Shown in pieces: positions 49,601 to 52,415 of a stretch of DNA of 52,415 bases. Every line of letters starts with the position of its first letter. Within the stretch, counting starts at the first letter, position 1. A model generated the notes under the pieces. It searched no databases, was not told the origin of the DNA, and saw nothing but the letters and a program-made list of their open reading frames with translations. Source of the stretch: Girardia tigrina (lineage: Eukaryota). The DNA is taken from positions 72,273 through 124,687 of the forward strand of contig MQRK01235606.1 in the NCBI GenBank assembly GCA_001938485.1, written 5' to 3'. The position numbers were made by a program, and so were the translations under genes.

Positions 49601-51847
49601 TGAAAAAGTTTACCTTTGTAAACTTTTATTTATTTTATATTTATTTTATTTTATATTTTTATTTTATAGTTTTTATTATTCGTTTCGAATTTTAATTGAT
49701 TATTCAATTTTCAATTCACATGATCCACATAATGCATTCTTATGTTTTATATTCTTAATAAATGTTATTAATGTTTGTTAAACCGTTTTCTTTTATGTTG
49801 CTTTTTCTTTTTTGGCGGGTGTGTTGTCTTGTTTTGTGTGGGGTCTAGACTAAATTATTACAAGATTTATTAACACAACAATACAACCTATATCAACAAT
49901 TAAATACAACGAAGTGGATTCTTGGTGCGGAAGAAGAATCCACCTACCCTCAAACCAAGATACGACGGACCGTATCAGGTCATAAGCCGATCAGATAATA
50001 TGAAGACCCTACTCCTCAATATCAACGGTATACAGAAGAGAATCTCGATAGATCGGGTCAAACCGACTTTCTCTCCAAAAGAAGAAACATACTCCCCAGG
50101 GAGTTATGTAAAGTAACTAGTTTACTTTCACGATTGTGCAAGAGTTGGTTGATGATATCAGATCAACCCGAACAATTTCAATTTCGAAATTGAAATGTAT
50201 TTTTGTAATTTTTATTTTTAATAGTTTAGAGTTTTAATAATTTCGTATTTTGTATTAGCTGAATTTTAGAATTTTTTTTTGGTAAATCTGTCAAAAATTG
50301 AAAAACAATATTAAATGGAATTAAAAAAACTGATTAAGGTTTTATAAAAAGATTGTTGAATTTGTTTAGCTGAATAATTTATGTTATGATAAACGGCGAA
50401 AAGATTATTGGAATTGTATTGGTGGTTTTAATCGATATTAATAAAAGTTATTTCCGTGCGTTTGTTGATGTTTTTTGAAAGGAATTAATCGATAAGATCT
50501 TTATCTTACAAAAAATTCGAAGCAATTGTTAATAACCGATTTTATTAACATCTCTCATAATGCAAATGAGAGCTTCAAAAATCGAATCGGCACAAATAAC
50601 TTCGAGTGATGAAAGTGAATTCGAACCTTCGATTCCGAAAAAAAGAATTAGAGTAATTTCTGACAGTGATGAAGGATAATAAAACATCTTTGGTTTTATT
50701 TTTTGTTCTTCTGTTTAATGTATTGTAATTAAATAAAAAACAGTGTTTCCGTAATATATTACATATTTTAACCTGTCAATGCATTTTATTTTTATTTCTG
50801 TGTACACCTAAAAAATATTGAAAAAAAATCACAACTGTTAAATAGCAAAATTATGCATTTTCTGTTTCGATTTACACGGTTTTGACTTGAAAATTTTGAA
50901 TTTTCGATTTAAACGTTTTCTCAGGAACGTATCTACCGTGTAAATCGGGTTTAAATATAACTTTCATCATTATCTGAAGTATTCACTGCGTTGTACGTCA
51001 TTTACGGCGTCGATTATATATTCTTTTTCATAATATTCTATGAATATTTTTGAGCAAAATGCAAATAAATCGTTAAAATTAATCTTAAAAACCTCAAAAT
51101 AATCAAAATATTTTGTAATTTAAAAATCCAAAATTATATATTTCACCTTGCACGCCTCACAAACATAAGCTCCGTGATGAAACCCGGCCGCCGACTCTTT
51201 ACAAACTTGACAAAGTTGATTTTCCATTTTTTGTTGGTAATCATAAAATGCAGATTCTGGACTCGTGAATGTCAAATGTTGTTCCGGTACTTCCGGAATT
51301 TCATCTTTACATTCAACAATGGAAGAAATATCAGAGTAATCTACAGATTCTTTTAGAGAAAGCGCCATACTCTCTGCCTTCATAGATGGCAGTTGATGAA
51401 GTCTTAATGGGATATTATTATTATTATCATTATTATTATTATTATTTATTACTTAGTTTGAGTTAAAACCAAATCAGAACTTTCAGAATTAGCACCGTCT
51501 ATATTTTTTTCAATAAACGATTTATTTTCCGCCTCAGATTTCGATTTTCCTTCGTAATTCCAGTCGGTATTCCAGTTTTCCGATTGGTACATGTAGCCAT
51601 ATTCGTCGATGGTCATATTTACAGAATAGTCTTTCAAAATCCATGGATAAGAAATATCCTCAAACTTCCTGTGGTCATGGTCGAATGGTGGAAACACCCA
51701 CGTTGATGAGTGGGATTTCAGGTCATTGAATCTGTGATGGTTGTCCCAGTTGAAGTGGTTCTGAACGCACCCTAAAATCGGTATTTTTTTCAGTCTTATC
51801 AAAACAGATATCAACTAACCGGTACACGTTTGACTGTTATATTCCAT
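7102..51847 (-). CDS. Nuclear hormone receptor with two tandem DNA-binding domains (2DBD-NR family), 695 aa, 11 exons
   Basis: Minus-strand join: 51847-51820, 51771-51453, 51402-51147, 42681-42534, 40687-40578, 37320-37173, 19023-18701, 18656-18527, 13432-13160, 7507-7427, 7373-7102 = 2088 nt. All ten introns are GT-AG and phase-compatible, with no internal stop. DBD1 [33 protein letters not shown]; DBD2 [33 protein letters not shown]; T-box GSRIGRQPN; LBD FVKAIPGF; AF-2-like FPELYIDMF. An in-frame stop lies upstream of the ATG. Confidence 0.92.
7427..7507 (-). CDS. 2DBD-NR exon 10 (LBD)
   Basis: TTTTAG|..[26 protein letters not shown]|GTAAAG; phase 1-1; a 53-nt intron follows. Confidence 0.78.
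7608..7686. mobile_element. 79-bp piggyBac-type MITE with TTAA target-site duplication
   Basis: TTAA-CACGTTGACAGACA...TGTCTGTCAACGTG-TTAA: perfect 14-bp TIR flanked by TTAA on both sides. Confidence 0.75.
7953..8715 (-). mobile_element. mariner (D,D34D) transposon, 5'-truncated, frameshifted
   Basis: [46 protein letters not shown]; 3' TIR GGTTGGCCAAAAAGTCATTGCG next to TA at 7951. Confidence 0.9.
10183..11411 (-). ncRNA. Minimal type I hammerhead ribozyme split into two halves (11411-11396 and 10208-10183) by a Tc1 insertion
   Basis: Rejoined minus strand: ATTG-CTGATGA-TGATATATATAAACATC-GAAACATGTC-CAAT. This gives an intact CUGAUGA/GAAA core, 4-bp stem I, palindromic stem III ACATGT and a GUC cleavage triplet. 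Confidence 0.75.
10209..11393 (+). mobile_element. Tc1-family (D,D34E) transposon, middle hidden by an N gap
   Basis: Perfect 29-bp TIRs CAGTGCGGTTCATAAGTAAGTTCGCACCC with TA TSD; FQQDLAPAH...[16 protein letters not shown]...GYPTKY*. Confidence 0.93.
12620..13030 (-). mobile_element. Highly decayed maT-like transposase fragment
   Basis: Minus strand reads [33 protein letters not shown]...[20 protein letters not shown]. Confidence 0.6.
13160..13432 (-). CDS. 2DBD-NR exon 9 (LBD helices 3-8)
   Basis: TTCAG|[30 protein letters not shown]...ICVVELMK|GTAAAT; completes FVKAIPGF from exon 8. Confidence 0.88.
13755..13863 (+). pseudogene. 5S rRNA-derived sequence (5'-truncated), head of a probable SINE3-type element
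   Basis: GATCTCGTCCGATCTCCGAAGTTAAGCAACC..GGCCGCGTTAGTACTT..TGGGTGACC..GGGAA matches the 5S loop C, A-box, loop E and C-box. Helices CCGCG/CGCGG and CTTATTTGG-GTGA-CCAATAGG pair. The 5' strand of helix I and the oligo-T terminator are missing. Confidence 0.85.
13755..14112 (+). mobile_element. 5S-headed SINE-like retroposon with GC-rich structured body
   Basis: The 5S head runs straight into ~250 nt of GC-rich sequence with hairpins (ACAGGTAT..ATACCTGT; GTCG..CGAC; ACCCAG..CTGGGT; CCAGCT..AGCTGG). Confidence 0.55.
14658..14960 (+). mobile_element. Decayed fragment of the RTE-LINE C2H2 zinc-finger tail (same family as 43714-45860)
   Basis: [60 protein letters not shown] aligns with ORF 43714-44469. 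Confidence 0.8.
15970..16333 (-). pseudogene. VAMP/synaptobrevin (R-SNARE) homolog with a frameshift between the SNARE motif and the TM anchor
   Basis: Frame A (16333-16067): [50 protein letters not shown].. is an R-SNARE motif with the zero-layer R. Frame B (to the stop at 15970): [28 protein letters not shown] is a C-terminal TM segment. Confidence 0.75.
16470..17040 (-). mobile_element. mariner (cecropia/Hsmar1-like) 5' half
   Basis: TIR TTAGGTTGATACAAAAGGAAAG next to TA; [19 protein letters not shown]...[20 protein letters not shown]...[11 protein letters not shown]. Confidence 0.88.
17125..17680 (-). mobile_element. Possible non-autonomous Helitron-like element with (GTTT)n microsatellite
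   Basis: Minus strand starts TATATAATATTTG..GTGTGTTTGTTTG(n)..GGTCACGC and carries internal GC-rich hairpins; a canonical CTRR end was not confirmed. Confidence 0.35.
18527..18656 (-). CDS. 2DBD-NR exon 8 (LBD helix 3)
   Basis: [44 protein letters not shown]|GTAAGG; preceded by a 44-nt intron. Confidence 0.88.
18701..19023 (-). CDS. 2DBD-NR exon 7 (T-box/hinge)
   Basis: TTATAG|[28 protein letters not shown]...IIEISKS|GTTTGA; continues GMSKK from exon 6. Confidence 0.88.
22321..22510. repeat. ~43-bp imperfect inverted repeat enclosing a (TA)n array and an N gap
   Basis: TTTCAGAAAAATAGTGTGGGTTGGGAATTAATTCGAGTTTAGAG ... CTCTAAAACTCGAATTAATCCCCAGCCCACACTATTTTTCTGAAA. Confidence 0.8.
22790..23760 (-). 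mobile_element. Penelope-like retroelement, 3' part (RT C-terminus, GIY-YIG endonuclease, pLTR)
   Basis: [19 protein letters not shown], then [28 protein letters not shown]...[15 protein letters not shown] (GIY-YIG); a hammerhead lies ~70 nt after the stop. Confidence 0.9.
22843..22884 (-). ncRNA. Minimal type I hammerhead ribozyme of the Penelope pLTR
   Basis: TCAGC-CTGAAGA-T-GGTGGA-AAA-TCCACC-GAAATATATT-GCGA: intact core, 6-bp stem II, palindromic stem III ATATAT, AUU triplet, weak bulged stem I. Confidence 0.8.
23996..24173. repeat. Three 26-bp imperfect direct repeats separated by unique 45- and 55-nt spacers
   Basis: ATTGTTTGTATCGCCAGGGCTTCAGT (23996), AGTATTTGTGTCGCCAGGACCTCCAT (24067), AGTATTTGTGTCACCGGGACTTCAGT (24148). 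Confidence 0.75.
25650..26290 (-). pseudogene. Probable decayed class A (rhodopsin-like) GPCR fragment, TM1-TM4
   Basis: One frame reads [37 protein letters not shown] (TM1 GN motif and ICL1 LRxPT), ERWDL..EPVCTL and [17 protein letters not shown] (TM3-like). Further on, [16 protein letters not shown] is TM4-like. Several stops. Confidence 0.45.
26720..28650 (+). mobile_element. Decayed Penelope-like element (GIY-YIG region and pLTR), interrupted by an IS630/Tc1-like element
   Basis: [12 protein letters not shown], then [35 protein letters not shown], similar to 22951-23289. It shares the GATTACATAATCATCA 3' motif. A mutated hammerhead CTGCAGA-T-GGCGG-TTGAT-CCGTC-GTAA sits at 28618-28644. 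Confidence 0.7.
27370..28593 (+). mobile_element. Decayed IS630/Tc1-like (DDE_3) DNA transposon
   Basis: TIRs CATTTT(T)ACAATGAAATTGAACTTTTG at both ends; [33 protein letters not shown] and [10 protein letters not shown] fragments. Confidence 0.78.
29560..30615 (-). mobile_element. Highly decayed mariner-like element
   Basis: Inverted AATACCCGGAAT (29563) / ATTCCGGGTATT (30600); minus strand reads TVDE.. and [10 protein letters not shown]. Confidence 0.5.
31212..31511. mobile_element. 300-bp hAT (Charlie/Buster-like) MITE
   Basis: Perfect 15-bp TIR CAGTGTCGGGCAACC / GGTTGCCCGACACTG; no 8-bp TSD recognisable. Confidence 0.7.
32510..33683 (+). mobile_element. Decayed full-length mariner
   Basis: Degenerate TIRs (TTAGATTGCCAAGTATGAGATTTGT / ACAAATTTCATCTTTGACGACTTAA); [23 protein letters not shown] and [11 protein letters not shown] pieces. 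Confidence 0.8.
35225..36177 (-). mobile_element. Internally deleted Tc1-family element
   Basis: ~45-bp TIRs CAGTAGGCGACACATTATTATAACCACCTGATATTTTCATG with TA flanks; [21 protein letters not shown] and FMHDSAPCH. Confidence 0.85.
37173..37320 (-). CDS. 2DBD-NR exon 6 (DBD2 second zinc finger)
   Basis: TTTCAG|[49 protein letters not shown]|GTAAAC. Confidence 0.93.
37670..38949 (+). mobile_element. Full-length mariner (D,D34D; cecropia/Hsmar1-like) with frameshifted transposase
   Basis: TIRs TTAGGTTGATGCAAAAGAAATGTCG / CGACATTTCTTTTGCATCAACTTAA with TA TSD, 1280 bp; [23 protein letters not shown] and [13 protein letters not shown]. Confidence 0.93.
39780..40500 (+). mobile_element. Highly decayed mariner fragments
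   Basis: [16 protein letters not shown] and [17 protein letters not shown]; further on [19 protein letters not shown]. Confidence 0.5.
40578..40687 (-). CDS. 2DBD-NR exon 5 (linker and DBD2 first zinc finger)
   Basis: TTTTAG|[37 protein letters not shown]|GTAAGT; not in the ORF track. Confidence 0.93.
41086..41120 (-). ncRNA. Degenerate hammerhead ribozyme (Penelope pLTR remnant)
   Basis: CTGAAGA-C-GTTCG-ATTT-TGAAC-GAAACATATC. The core and stem II are intact; stem I is lost. The Penelope 3' motif TGATTATGTAATC lies at ~40955. Confidence 0.55.
41662..42019. mobile_element. hAT-type MITE with 8-bp TSD
   Basis: TSD CCTAGGGG at 41654-41661 and 42020-42027; TIR TAGAGCCGTAGTAAGG / CCTCACTACGGTTCTG; GC-rich GGCGCC subterminal motifs. 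Confidence 0.82.
42534..42681 (-). CDS. 2DBD-NR exon 4 (DBD1 second zinc finger)
   Basis: ATTTAG|[49 protein letters not shown]|GTCAGT; not in the ORF track. Confidence 0.93.
43714..45860 (-). mobile_element. RTE-clade non-LTR retrotransposon (5'-truncated, frameshifted RT) with a C-terminal C2H2 zinc-finger tail
   Basis: [66 protein letters not shown] and FCYIGS; then three C-X4-C-X12-H-X4-H-type fingers in ORF 43714-44469 (the first lacks its first Cys). Confidence 0.9.
47253..47947 (-). mobile_element. pogo-like internally deleted DNA transposon with an intact 111-aa ORF (47731-47396)
   Basis: TIR AACGGATATCGCCAA(A/T)TAGTATCAC at both ends with TA flanks and many subterminal GTGATACTA motifs. 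[36 protein letters not shown] is Brinker-type HTH-like and is joined to an acidic tail. Confidence 0.7.
49301..50956. mobile_element. Tigger/pogo-like non-autonomous element
   Basis: Inverted CCCGATTTACGCGGTA (49310) / TACCGTGTAAATCGGG (50934) with repeated TTTACACG subterminal motifs and GGAACGTATC. Confidence 0.55.
49900..50112 (+). mobile_element. Gypsy LTR-retrotransposon integrase C-terminal (GPY/F) fragment
   Basis: [39 protein letters not shown], followed by a PPT-like GGGGAGTTA-TGT. Confidence 0.75.
51147..51402 (-). CDS. 2DBD-NR exon 3 (A/B region and DBD1 first zinc finger)
   Basis: ..[27 protein letters not shown]|GTGAAA. Confidence 0.92.
51453..51771 (-). CDS. 2DBD-NR exon 2 (N-terminal A/B domain)
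   Basis: TTTTAG|[13 protein letters not shown]...[10 protein letters not shown]|GTAATA; open frame, phase-compatible with both neighbours. Confidence 0.72.
51820..51847 (-). CDS. 2DBD-NR putative exon 1 (start)
   Basis: [12 protein letters not shown]|GTTAGT, followed by a 48-nt intron; an in-frame TAA lies 8 codons upstream. Confidence 0.6.
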
Positions 51848-52299
51848 TAACCACTTGACTTCAACAAATTATTAATTTGTCACTGATATTTTGCGTATAT
51901 ATTATTTATAGATATTTTTAATAAATCTTATTCGATTAAAAAAAATTATTCTCTCTATTTTCTCTATTATCATTGGTCGATAATACGAACCAATTATAAA
52001 ACAAAAATCATGAAAAATAAATAAATGTTTAAAATAATTTGAATGAAAAATGAATTGAGTTGTAAAAATTTTACGACAATATTTTTCAACAGTAAGGGTT
52101 TCGAAGGATCTGAGAAGGAAAGAAGGAAATCACTGACAAAAACTGTGGTGAAATGTCCTAAACCAAATTTAGAATATATATACGGTTATTAGAACTTATT
52201 AAGTTTGGTAAGATTAACTGGAAGCTTTAGTGATGGTCACCTAAGTATTTTATCAACGTTAAGAGGACTTACACTTTTTACAATCTTCATCGTTATAAC

Positions 52300-52415
52300 C
52301 AGGCCTGGCCAACCCAAGGCCCGCGGGCCACGTTTGGCCCGCAAGACAATTTTTGTGGCCCGCCGGACCATTTCATATTAAAATTATTTTTTAATATGTA
52401 TTACATAAATGTTAA
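52300..52415. mobile_element. Left end of a hAT (Charlie/SPIN-like) element, cut by the window edge
   Basis: CAGGCCTGGCCAACCC..GGCCCGCGGGCCAC..TGGCCCGC subterminal motifs. Confidence 0.6.

Overview
AT-rich eukaryotic scaffold with (TA)n arrays, N gaps and 44-68 nt mini-introns. The organism is probably a flatworm such as a planarian; this is inferred from composition, intron size, transposon spectrum and gene family. Almost the whole window is one minus-strand gene that the ORF track shows only in pieces. By hand I reconstructed an 11-exon, 695-aa nuclear receptor with two tandem C4 DNA-binding domains (2DBD-NR; P-boxes CEACKK and CEGCKG) and a ligand-binding domain, spanning 51847 to 7102. 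A complete 3-exon DPY30 gene (1295 to 844) lies downstream on the same strand. The large introns hold decayed mobile DNA: Tc1, mariner, maT/rosa, pogo/Tigger, hAT and piggyBac-type MITEs, an RTE LINE with C-terminal C2H2 fingers, and a Gypsy fragment. They also contain Penelope-like elements with minimal hammerhead ribozymes (one split by a Tc1 insertion), a 5S-rRNA-headed SINE-like element, a frameshifted VAMP/synaptobrevin copy and a probable decayed GPCR. All gene models and alignments are manual; no database searches were run.
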